A stretch of 64,000 bases of DNA from assembly GCA_051294375.1 (NCBI GenBank), contig JBJCIZ010000824.1:1-64000 (forward strand). Direction: 5' to 3'. Each line of letters opens with the position of its first letter. Within the stretch, counting starts at the first letter, position 1. The notes beneath the pieces were generated by a model. That model was not told the DNA's origin and did not search any database. It saw only the letters and a list, made by a program, of their open reading frames with translations. Of this stretch, positions 1-11,348 are shown piece after piece. The stretch comes from Paraspadella gotoi (Eukaryota > Animalia > Chaetognatha). The translations under genes and the position numbers were made by a program.

Positions 1-3000
1 GTAGACGAGTTGGAGACCGTTGAAGTCGGCGCTCTGGGGCGGAAGGGGGAAACTGTTGTCAGTGGTATCTCCTGAATGGAACTGGCCGAATTGAAAAAAG
101 TGAGAATACGCATTCTGCCCTAAAGGTCTTGGGTTCTAAGCGTGACAGTCGGTTAATTAACTAATTAGTAAACCTATCATCCGATGCGAAGATAACTATC
201 AGGCACTCATTGGGCGCACCTCCAAATCCAAATGGGACACATGAAAATTCAAACATTATTTCTCTTTTAGCTTTAGTTTTTTAAAATACTAAGGGCTCCG
301 CGTACGATCGATGTCTTTTAGACAACGAAATCTGAACTTCAATAATTACCATCTTCTTGATCTCACTAGTTAGTATGAAGCTTACTTCATTTAAAAAAAC
401 GGTAGTCTCAAGTTATCTCCTTCTTATCACTTAGAACTTCCCAGGTAAATTTCTATGAGTTAAAAATACGGTAAGACATGATTTCTTCAATGATTGTTTA
501 TCTAATCCCATTAACTGCATAATTTTAGATATAAGTATGTTCGAATTTTTATGGTATAGATCATTTTTAAAGATCGAATTCCTCATAAGAATCTTCACGT
601 CTTTTACTTACATAAAAGTTTTAGGTTAGACGCCACATTATCTGATACAATTTTTTTTTCTTAATACGCTTTCCCGGATTCTTTTTCTTCACTTCTTTTC
701 TTCTCTTTCTTTATATTTTCCTCTTCCTCTTTCCTCCCTTACTTCTCACTCTGTCACTTACCATTTTTTGGCCCCTACCTTTTTCTGCCACTCATGCATT
801 TTCCTCACATTTTTTCTCTCCTTCTCTCTTTCCTTTCTTTTCCCCTCTTTTTCTTTCCAATTTTCCCCTCATTTCCTACCTTTTATTTGTCTCACTATTT
901 TTTCTCCCCATTTGCCTTCTTTTTTTTGCCTTTCGCCCTGTCTTTTATTCTCTCCTCTTCTCTTTTCTTGTTTTCCATTTCGTCTTCCCTCTCACAACGT
1001 TTACATTGAGCAAATCAAAGAAAATATTTAAAATGCATTATAAGAAAGAAAATCAACGGTAGCGCGTGATTTTTCTTTCAATTTTGGTTGCCTAGCAAAT
1101 TTAGTAAATCGACAGATTTTGCGGAAAAATTTTCCGCAAAATCTGTCGATTTTGAGAAAAAAACAAGTCCTGATGCTTTCCAGTGGATTAAAAGGAAGCG
1201 GTTTTTTTTGATTAATCAAGGTCAGTATGTACCTCAACTTTTAAAACTAATAAATGAGTTGAAAATATTCTCTTTATCAAAATAAATGCAAGTCACAAAA
1301 AGTCACAAATTAAAAGACGTCTTTAAAAATTATTTGTGGCTAAACCAGAAAAGTTTTTTTGATAATTTTATAGGTGTTAAAAGCTTATTCAATAGGCTAT
1401 ATTTTCTGTTAATTTCAACCAATTTGATTTATTTTTGTTTAACAAATTATGATTAAAGACTGAAACTCCAACTTTTTGACTTGTTAACTTTAAAATTAAT
1501 TCATAGGCAAACTATAAATGATTTAAGCTAATAAATTTACCCAGAGGTAAAGAAGATGAGAAAGAACGGATTTCCAAAGTAAAAAATTTTTCTCAACTTT
1601 CCTTGGCATTCAAATCAGAAGTCGTAAGTAAAAATGGACAAAAATGGACATAATTTTTTTGGCTAAAAGTTGCCAAAATGGTACTATTTTATCATTAAAA
1701 ACGGGTGGAGATGTTTTTAACCAATCCTTCGTTCGACCTAATTTGTGTTGGGGTACAAAGTTAATCAACATTGTAAGTAACAACTGAACAATAGTGGAAA
1801 GAGTCTTTTTTTTCCTTAATGCAACGTTTGTACGCGGACCTAAGCGAATGTTGCGGACTCAGATTTTGTTAAAAGAATCAAGTTTCAAGATTTGTTTTCG
1901 GTTGTTGTTGTTGTTGATGTTATTTGGTTCAGTTCAAATGTTTATTGTCGTTGATTGAACCTCATATGAGGAAGTGTCCCTCCGGGTAGGAAGCGTGACA
2001 AGCGGTCGGGCAGTTGATTTGAAATTCGTGAAGAAAATTAAACCTGTAGAGACGTTGAAGGTTTGAGGTTTGTTGAAAACAAGCTTGTAAAAAATAAGCC
2101 TCAACAGCAACAGCAACAGCTCTGCGAGACCTGGTACAAACGTAAGCTGAGTACTTTCCCATGGCCTCCCAGTTCGGAAATCCCTTCGGCCAGGAATCCG
2201 TACAGTTGTCGAGGTAAGTATTCGACGAGTAATGATGAAGAAGGACGATGAGGCCGTGATTGGTTTTTGTTCTTCGAAAAAGGTGAGGTCTCTCGCTTGC
2301 TGTATGCAGGGCGTACCTGACAATTAGTATTGAAGTAGAATTGGTGAGAAAAAATTTAAAATAAAGCAAATGATAATATGCTATTTATATTTGTGATATG
2401 CGTTTAATTATGCATATAGGAAAGAGTTGATGCTCCTAAGATGCAATTCTCACGTGCAATTCTCATTGCCAACCAAAAAAATCTAAGTCTCGAGAACTTT
2501 AAATAGTGGACAAGTCAGTTTATTCTTCTTTACCACAGATGATCGCATTCTTTGGGAACAACACATTTATCCACGAAAGACTTGACAAACTCGATGAAGA
2601 TAAAGGGGACGCCGTTGACGAAGACTCTCAATGATCCGTTCGCGTTGAAGGTCAGGCCGCCAGTTTCGTTCTCCTCAGAGAATGGCTCTGCGCCTGCGCG
2701 GGAAAGTCAAAATTCTTGACTGTAATTTTCAAAATACTAGCTTTGATATAATATCAAATAACTTATAAACATTTTAATATTTCAATCAAATAGCGCACCG
2801 AGTAAAAACGACTCATCCTGAAAGCGAAACCGTTCGTCCACTTCGAAGCAAAGCCTTTTGACGTCGACGTCTTCGAACTCAAGAGATCGAAAATCGGAAT
2901 CATTTCGTTCACGAGATCGAAAAAGGTCAGAGGGTGAGGCTGCCGATTCGGGCGCCAAGATTGGCGACAAGTTGCCGAAGCCAAAGGACCGGCCTCAATT

Positions 3001-3734
3001 TTGTGAAGACACAAAATAATTTTTGGTAACATTCACATGTTAAAATTCACTTAACTTAATCTGACTTTGATATGGCACCGAGCTGATCATTTCTTTCCTA
3101 ACCTCTCTCCGAAGCAGTTCCGTTCCGGATTCGCCATCCTTTCCACATCTCGTCTATCTTCTTCCGATATTTCAGGCACACCCTTCTCGCGGCCGGCGGC
3201 TTCAATTCATCGCATCGTCTCAACAACCTCGTCAGGGCCTCTCGTCGGTGCGACCGGGGATTCCGCACCGTGAGAGCAGGCGCGGGAAGAGGCTCCACTC
3301 GTTCCGTGACAACGGTAGCGACGGAGAAGAGGAGGTACTGGAAGAGAGTGAATGAATGAATGAATGAATGAATGAATAGAATTGCCTCAACTAATTGATT
3401 TCATTTCATTTTTTTCCTTTTATTTTCAAATAAATTGACTGATTTTTATATGAAATTGGTACAACCAATGTAACCAATGTAACTTGATGGATCTATATTG
3501 ATTTTCTAATTAACATGATATTGATCTGAAGGATTTATTGAATGATTCGTAGATGCATAATGTATGATTTGAATGATGTACCTGCTGGACAGTAGCGGTG
3601 ATCTGATAGGTCATAATGCAGAAGGACGCCGCACTGATTATGAACCAGAAGAGGCGACGCCCGATGGCCGCGTCGGCGTCGGCGGCGCGGGCGACGCCGT
3701 GGATCGAGGTCACGCTGAAGAACGACTTCACCAT
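1..3734 (-). CDS. Divergent DEG/ENaC (ASIC/pickpocket-family) channel gene, multi-exon, 3' end runs out of the window
   Basis: Exons read by hand: 3734-3582 (gccATGG; MVKSFFSVTSIHG...RRLFWFII, the pre-TM1 HG motif plus TM1), 3337-3103 (YLLFSVATVV..LPAPALTVRN, like FPAVTxCN), 2993-2799, 2693-2534 (GGLTFNANG, like CYTFN), 2316-~2130 (ALHTASERP; YLDNC..KYSAYVC, thumb-like). Splice phases 0,1,1,2 are mutually compatible with GT/AG ends. Later exons (~2044-1962 and 82-1) are tentative. Confidence 0.75.
640..1000. repeat. Pyrimidine-rich low-complexity tract
   Basis: Almost pure C/T on the + strand; source of the spurious F/L/S-rich ORFs. Confidence 0.8.
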
Positions 3735-3756
3735 GGCCGACGCGATAAATGGAGAG

Positions 3757-3935
3757 GTGGTTGATGGACAAATGAATGGGATAGTTGATGGAAAAATAAA
3801 GTGGTTGATGGACAAATGAATGGATAGTTGATGGAAAAATAAAGTGGTTGAATGGACAAATGATTGGGATAGTTGATGGAAAAATAAAGTGGTAGTGGAA
3901 AAATGAATGGGATAGTTGATGGAAAAATTTGGGAT
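3757..3935. repeat. ~44-bp minisatellite, about 4 copies
   Basis: Unit gatggacaaatgaatgggatagttgatggaaaaataaagtggtt, ending where the LTR starts. Confidence 0.85.
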
Positions 3936-4319
3936 TGTCGGTAGCGTGACCCTTTACCCTCAGATGTTGATAGAGAGCTATTTCATATTCGATCGATCTG
4001 ACTATGTTTGTAATCGGATTTACCTGAATTAGTAGAGAGTTGAGTTTTAAATTATTCTATTTGGATAATACGTCTTAACTTTACGGAGCTAAAATATGAA
4101 GTGATTTACAATTCTTGCCTCTCTCTCTCGTCGCTACTTTGTTTTGTTACATTTAAATCTTTGAACTACAAATATCATTATATGTAATACATTGAGAGAA
4201 AATAAGAGAGAGACCTAACCTTTACAATTTAAACAAATTACGTGAAACTAAAAATATGAAGGAGGGACAAAATTCTTAGTAAAAATAAAATAGGTTACGT
4301 AAACGAAACATTTCTGACA
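3936..4319 (-). repeat. 3' LTR of family A (384 bp)
   Basis: TGTC...GACA termini; same sequence at 10451-10837 and, diverged and inverted, at 45316-45693. Confidence 0.95.
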
Positions 4320-4330
4320 TTCCCCCCTTT
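4320..4330 (-). promoter_or_regulatory. Polypurine tract
   Basis: Minus strand reads AAAGGGGGGAA directly before TGTCAG; also at 10838-10849. Confidence 0.9.
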
Positions 4331-4830
4331 AAAGAAAATTTTGTCTATGACGCAGTTAACAAAATAGTAACAGACAGTAAATATCACAGAAAGCAATGTA
4401 AAATATCACAGTGATTACAAATGATCACGATCAGGCACAGAATAATAATAAAAAAAAACAAAGCAAAGCGAAAAACAGAGAAATATTTAAACGGCGAGGC
4501 ATCAAAGTAAAATTTAGGTTTCGAGTACAAAAATAGACATTAGAAAGTAAAAGAACGAGTAGATGGCCAGTCCACAAGTCCGAAAAAAATGTAAGCAAAA
4601 TTTTAATAGAGCCTCTATCGTGCCAAGTCGTAAAATTTATTCGCAAACAAAAAAAAAAAATACTTCCCACGCAAACATCAAATTCGACTTATATCCAAAC
4701 CAATTCGAACATTCGCTCAAAAACGCAAATCGCTTCGAAAAACCTATCATCGCACCAATCAAAACGCACAGATATCACAAATAAATTCGTCCAATCAGAA
4801 AGCGCCGCGCCTTCTCCACCAAACCCTAAC

Positions 4831-5992
4831 ATGGTAAGTAAAAATATCACAAAATTCACATCTCCTTCGAAAGTGCGCAATTATATACATAAGACTCTTT
4901 CTTATTTCAAATAGTAATCCAAATCTAAACTCAAATCAAAATTCAAAATGATTTCCGTATTTCTCACAATGATTTTTATCGGCCTTTCGAAGGCGAGCGA
5001 CAACGCGTTGAGCCAAGCGGATGGGCTCGCACTGCTGTGCCAGCAGCCTCAATTTTCTGAGGCTACTGAGTGCCGTAGTGCAGTCACTCCGACTGGTCAC
5101 GCAAACCTCCTAACGGCGGCGTCCGAGACAACGTCGGCTCTGAGCCCGCTTCGAGTTCGACGGCGCCCTCGGTCGCACGTGCGTACGCAATGACGGCCCT
5201 GGAGAAGGTGTTAGTGTCTATCGGCGGCTGCATAGGAACCTATTTCATAATCGTTTTCGTTTTGCGTTTCGCGGCAAAGATGAGTTGGATCGATGCCCTC
5301 ACCCTGGCGGCCAGTAGGGGAAGGGGCCAGGTGCCAGGTGTGTGTGGCATGTGTATCACAACCCAGAGGTGCCCGAGACCTTAGAAATGCAGTCGAGAAG
5401 CGTAAGAGATTCAGAAGTTTAAGTGACAGAAAACTTCGACAGAGCCAGAGCGAATTATTTTAAATATTTTGTTTAAATAAGAATTCTATTTCCATAAAAT
5501 TTAAATAAAAATTTATTTCAGTCTGCCGCTCCATTTTACAACTTACTCGCCAAACTCGGATGGACTTACGGACGAAGCTGCTCCATCCCCGTGAACAAGC
5601 AAGGTACCTTCGGACTCTGCACTCCTGATCAAACCACTCTGTATTTGATCGTCATCGCGTCGTTGACGTTCGTGTGCGTCGCACTCATATTGGGAATTGC
5701 AATACTGCAATGCCGTCTATGCATTGGTAAGTAAAATAAAATAAAGCAATAAAAGCAACATAAAGCTACATGCAAACATAAGGAACATGCAATATAAAAT
5801 TTAACATGCAAATCATTTATAAATATCGTGCTGCAATAACAATAAAAATAAATCTATTCAGGAAACAAAAACTCCAAATNNNNNNNNNNCGTTCCGTGCA
5901 CCCTTTTAAACCATCGCTCGAAAGGGAAAACGGCACCGAAACGAAAATCGAAGTCACAAACCATCGAAATCGAAGAAATGCCCGAGGTCTGA
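4831..5992 (+). CDS. Spliced antisense gene: ~112-aa single-pass membrane protein with FAST-fusogen-like architecture
   Basis: Exons 4831-4833 (ATG|gtaagt), 5522-5726 (tttcag|...attg|gtaagt) and 5862-5992 (ttcag|...TGA); phases 0 and 1 join in frame. Translation: MSAAPFYNLLAKLGWTYGRSCSIPVNKQGTFGLCTPDQTTLYLIVIASLTFVCVALILGIAILQCRLCIGNKNSKYRLPVPCTLLNHRSKGKTAPKRKSKSQTIEIEEMPEV (10 Ns filled from copy 2). The function is inference. Confidence 0.72.
4948..5193 (+). CDS. Antisense ORF-A, 81 aa, signal peptide, two Cys, RVRR furin-like site
   Basis: caaaATG context, TATATA at 4882, N-terminal MISVFLTMIFIGLSKA; identical protein at 11468-11713. Confidence 0.6.
   Translation: MISVFLTMIFIGLSKASDNALSQADGLALLCQQPQFSEATECRSAVTPTGHANLLTAASETTSALSPLRVRRRPRSHVRTQ
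5190..5422 (+). CDS. Antisense ORF-B, small TM protein (frameshifted here; 77 aa intact at 11710-11943)
   Basis: VLVSIGGCIGTYFIIVFVL hydrophobic segment; ATGA overlap with the ORF-A stop; AATAAA near 5504. Confidence 0.55.
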
Positions 5993-6281
5993 GGTAAGTT
6001 CATCTATTACTCATGTGCATAAGTAAACAATTCATTTCGTTCGAATCTGCAAACTATTCAATTCGTTCAACAGCATTCGGTCGGATATTCATCACAATTC
6101 GAAAGCAACATGCATGTAAAAACTATTGTATGAAATTCAATCGTATAAATATAAGTATAAAGAATCGGCACAAATTAATATCGTTCAAAAATAAGATAAA
6201 AATAAAANNNNNNNNNNACATTTCGTTTCTTTTGTATTAACTCCATCGAAGGTGAGTTAATGTCGTGAAAAGTCAAATTCT

Positions 6282-6955
6282 CTATCGATTAGACGGTCTC
6301 GGCTGCTGCGGCCACTCCAATCCCTTCCAAGAGACTGTCCGTGTCGTTCCCAAAACCCAAATAGGTTTGTCCTTCAGCTGCTGCTCATCTTCACAAAATA
6401 GTATTCGGTCTAAAACGTCAAAAAGGNNNNNNNNNNCTTGAGCATTTAGGTGAGTTCGATCGTTTTCGTACAAGTTGTTATCTAATATCATTCTACCATA
6501 CCTTTTGGTACGGAAACAATTTTGCAAGGCATGGAAATGCAAAGCACTCATCTTGAACATTCTGCTATCAATCTCCGCTGCAGCATGATTGAACGTCTGT
6601 CGACCTGTTTTAAAGTCACGACTAATTAGAGTCATCGTCACTACTCTCATTGCCGGGAACCGACTGCACGCCTCCCTCACAAATGCAGACAACTGATCCA
6701 GATACACATCGGCATTCAACTTGGGAGCTAACTCGTTTCCACCTCCTATAAACACCATCGTATGATAGTATACATCATTCCTGGCAATTGCTTCGTGAAA
6801 ATGCGGGAACCGTCCACCGCTGATCGCCGTAGTCGTCGTCCAAGGAATGACGCCATGAAGACGCGAGTACGTGGACGTGTTCGCGAGACCCCAAGAATTT
6901 CGTTGTGCAAGGGTTCTGATGTCGACTCGTTACTTTCCGCTGTCCCGCCCACATT
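6282..6955 (-). CDS. SGNH hydrolase ORF, copy 1 (5' part noisy)
   Basis: GGGNEL and DRTHLN blocks; same protein as 12803-13456. Confidence 0.8.
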
Positions 6956-7064
6956 GTGGGTATGTCGCTTGTAAAGGTAAATAAATAACAATGGTAATTA
7001 GAAATTAACACCTCAATTAATTCCATCTTAAATTATTTTGTTTTCACCGATTCGAAATAAGTTA

Positions 7065-8673
7065 TCAATCCTGATTAATTTTAATGATAACATCAATCGC
7101 TTGATTCTTAGTTAAATGAGAACGAATCAATTGGCAAACAGGAAGAAGTATTATAGTGTTATCTATAACATTTCTTACTTTGTACATTCCTGTACCCACT
7201 CTTTCGATTACTTCAAAGGCTGCAATAATTTTCTTTTGCAATTTCTTATTCATATTAGTTGCAAATGCCATTCTCTTTCGAAATACCACATCACCTTTCC
7301 TCAACGTTTCGTTCGATCGCGAGGGTTGAGATGTTGCTGATAAGTTAACAAATTTGTGTATGCAGCAAGTCGGATGTTTTTTGAGTCTCCAATAACAGGT
7401 TGAACTCTCTTCTATTGCAGTGCTTCCTTCAAAGGGATCCATCTCTGGAGTCAATGCTTTCATTGCATGTCGTCGAGTTACCTGGAACGGACTCTTTCCT
7501 CCCAGAGAAATCGAAGGACACATGTTTATCGAAAACTCAACCTTCTTTAAAATTTTCGCCCATTTACGTAAGTCAGGTTCGTTCTCTAACCATTTTAATA
7601 TACGTATTAGACATATTTGGTTTAATCGTTCAGAATAGGCTTGGTGTCGACTAACATATGTACTCTGTTGCACCTTTACACCCAACTTTTTCAAAATTAT
7701 TCGATCTATTTTACGTTGTGTAACACACTTACCGTCAATGGAAACGCAGTCCCATAACCCATGAGATTCAAATATCTTCATAAAAGCCTGGGCTACGTCT
7801 TCGGCAGAAGTCGATTTAATTGCAATTAGAAAAGACTCTCTACTATATGAATCTCTAATGGCAGAGAAAATAAACCTAAACCCTTGAGAATTTACCAGAG
7901 GTCCCAATATATCGCAAGATAAGATCTGTCTGGGACCCATCGGCATCATCGTAGAAGGTTTCTCTTTTATCGTCGGTTTAATATTGTAACTGATACATAT
8001 ATGACATATTCTAATATTATTAATAATAATGCGTCTCATACCTGGTGCATAATATTTATTCGCAATTAGTTTAAAACAGTATTTGCGTTGCAGTGTCCAT
8101 AGTCGTCATGTACCTTTTCAGTTATCTCAGTCAAATATTTGGTATCAATTAAAATAAGTTTATCTATGTCGCCATTTTCTTTAGGGAAAAGTCGAATGAT
8201 AACGCCTTGATCATTAATCCGAAACAAGGATATATGTCGTAATATCGTTAGGTCCAGGGATTCTAATAGTAACGTATCGCTTTTGTTTGGATGCGAGTCT
8301 TTGTCGTCAATCCATTTTCTCCATTTAGATATCTGGGATGAATCGCTTTGTAATTTCAGTATTTTATCTTTATCGTCCTCCTTCAAAGTCGGAAGTTGTA
8401 TATCATCAAAATCTTTATTTGTTTCTAATACAGGTTTATTAGAGAGCAAATCATTAGTACTTGTCACTTTAATATAATCGGTACTCGTATTTGTCCTTTG
8501 TTTCAAAAGATTTATACAATTACAACAACAAGAACAATGTTCGATAGGCATTTCGCTTAGTCCTTTACAATTACATTTGGTACATGGTTCCGATAAAACA
8601 TCTTTCACCTCCGTTTTCCTTACCTTACCTTTTGCTTCATGTCGTTGCCCCGTTGCAGGCTGCTCGATCTGTT
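7065..8673 (-). CDS. pol 3' part (Cys-rich linker and integrase), frameshifted
   Basis: HDDYGH...CHIC zinc finger; SCDIL, SIDG and YSERLN D-D-E core; GDVVF..AAFEVIER GPY/F-like C-terminus. Confidence 0.9.
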
Positions 8674-11348
8674 NNNNNNNNNNNNNNNNNNNNNNNNNGG
8701 TCTCGATTTTTTAGTTTGATTTGTGTCCTTCGAATAAGTCGGGCGGAACAAGGTAAAAAGCGGCATATTTAGATTTAAGAGTGTTATTTTACAGTTCAGT
8801 AATTAGCGGGGCTTCGTCTCTCGTCGAGAAGCCGAGACTGAGAGGCTAGTGGTCCTCTCCCCGGTCAGTGGGATCTCTCTGCTGGTCAGGGTTACGGTCG
8901 ATGTGACTGCTCTTCATCTCTGCACTCAATCTCAGGAAGGAAAGGTTCCACTTGTCTGCTCCCAGCACACGATTCACTCAGCTCACTCTACTCAAAGATT
9001 TCTTCCCAAAAAAAATTTTCTTCATCCTAAGACGTTCATGCTCTCCCAACCCAACACTCCACTTGTCAATCCAATTCCTACTGTTTTTTTTTTAATTTTT
9101 GCGATATTATAGTTGGTGAGTTTTGTTCTAGTAAAGTGTAAAAAAAAATAATTCCTATTTCAATTCTTTTTTAATACTTTTCGAACTTGAAGTTCGGTTA
9201 TGTTAAAGAGAAAAAAAATTTAATTTTCAGGAAACATCAGGCCGATGCCAGCTGACTTGACCCCGGGAGATAGGGCGTGCGCTTGTGGCGCGGCATGGCG
9301 GCGGGACGTCTCTATACGAGGCGTCCTCGCGTTCTGGCCACGTTGGTCGGCGCGCAAGGCGCGGCGGCCGTCCAACATGGTCTTGTTGCTTCGTCTGGTG
9401 AGGCGGAGTTATTTGGAAATATTACGGATAAGGGGTAGGCGCCCTACTTGGCATGGGGGGCCCTGGTAATGGGCTTGAGGAGCGCCTTCCTCAACTCACA
9501 GTCCGATTCGGGCGGTATATCACCGGCTGTCGTTGCTTTGGCTGGAGTCATATGGTTTCAGGTGGTGTTCATTTAATTTGTTATTATTCCGACTATTGTG
9601 TGAATATTAATATGTGTAAATATGGAGTTAATGTAATGTGGAGTATGTAATAAAGTATGTAAATATGGAGTATGTACATGTTTGTAAAATATGGAATTTT
9701 TCTTTTACTTATTTTCCATGCATCAATATGTGTAGTTTAATGCTGTTTATTTTTTGCTCGTTTATGTTTAATTTTGTAAAATATGGATAAATGTGGCTTA
9801 AGCGACAGATCTAACTTAGTGTTACTGGTTGTTTTGTACTAAAACATTAACTTGTAATAGAAAGGAATGAAATGTTTTGAATTCTTTATTCTTTTCAGTC
9901 GCGAAAAAGGAGGGCTAGCGCCGGAACGTCTCATACTGGACCGCGGCGACCGCCCGTTGCTGATGGGAAGTGGCCGCGTGGGCTCGATGTCCCTATCTCC
10001 GGGTTGTGGCGCGCCCGGGAGGTTCATCGTGGTGGAGGAGGACGGCAGGCAGTGGAGCGAGTGGCGGCTCCGGTTTGTCGGAGGCAACTGTGAGGAATCG
10101 CCTTCTAACCTATGGGGAGTTTTCCAAATGGAATGGTTCCATTGCGTCGTGGAGACGGGCTTCGCCCTGGCAGCGTCTCTGTGAGTATATTTAGGGCTGC
10201 AGTGAATGCTATGTCTTTCTAATTGTGTGGTGTAAGAGACGAGAGAGGAAAGAAAGAAGGAATAAAAAAAACTGAAGGAAAGAAAAATTTAAAAAAGTTC
10301 AACACAGGTTCTTTCACTTTTCTTATTTTTTTGTTAAAAAGAGCTAATGTTTTTCTCTTTTGTTTTTTTTTTTTTTTTGTTTCATTTCATAAGATTATTC
10401 TTTTTTTTTTTTCTCTCTCTTTTTTTGTTTTATCATCTTTTTTTTTCAATTGTCGGTAGCGTGACCCTTTACCCTCAGATGTTGATAGAGAGCTTATTTC
10501 ATATTCGATCGATCTGACTATGTTTGTATATCGGATTTACCTGAATTAGTAGAGAGTTGAGTTTTAAATTATTCTATTTGGATAATACGTCTTAACTTTA
10601 CGGAGCTAAAATATGAAGTGATTTAACATTCTTGCCTCTCTTCTCTCGTCGCTACTTTGTTTTGTTACATTTAAATCTTTGAACTACAAATATCATTATA
10701 TGTAATACATTGAGAGAAAATAAGAGAGAGACCTAACCTTTACAATTTAAACAAATTACGTGAAAACTAAAAATATGAAGGAGGGACAAAATTCTTAGTA
10801 AAAAAAAATAGGTTACGTAAACGAAACATTTCTGACATTCCCCCCCTTTAAAGAAAATTTGTCTATGACGCAGTTAACAAAATAGTAACAGACAGTAAAT
10901 ATCACAGAAAGCAATGTAAAATATCACAGTGATTACAAATGATCCACGATCAGGCAAGAATAATAATAAAAAAAAAACAAAGCAAAGCGGAAAAACAGAG
11001 AAATATTTAAACGGCGAGGCATCAAAGTAAAATTTAGGTTTCGAGTACAAAAATAGACATTAGAAAGTAAAAGAACGAGTAGATGGCCAGTCCACAAGTC
11101 CGAAAAAAATGTAAGCAAAATTTTAATAGAGCCTCTATCGTGCCAAGTCGTAAAATTTATTCGCAAACAAAAAAAAATACTTCTCCACGCAAACATCAAA
11201 ATTCGACTTATATCCAAACCAATTCGAACATTCGCTCAAAACGCAAATCGCTTCGAAAAACCTATCATCGCACCAATCAAAACGCACAGATATCACAAAT
11301 AAATTCGTCCAATCAGAAAGCGCCGCGCCTTCTCCACCAAACCCTAAC

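Larger units (their letters stand above)
3936..8673 (-). mobile_element. Ty3/Gypsy LTR retrotransposon family A, copy 1 (3' LTR to RH-IN linker, cut by a 25-N gap)
   Basis: LTR, PPT, accessory region, SGNH ORF and integrase; near-identical to 10451-15364. Confidence 0.93.

Noticed and set aside
3931-3935. Target-site duplications for family A
   Set aside because: No copy has both LTR ends in the window, so TSDs cannot be established.
4563-4784. Basic ORF MASPQVRKK
   Set aside because: The frame differs between copies and no motif is recognisable.
5629-5811. Minus-strand Cys-rich hydrophobic ORF MHVKFYIACSLC
   Set aside because: Its hydrophobic part is the complement of the A-rich intron 2 and its frame varies among copies; the + strand spliced frame is better supported. 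Not fully excluded.
7116-8477. Short + strand ORFs over integrase, repeated in every copy
   Set aside because: Shadow frames of pol that recur only because the element is repeated.
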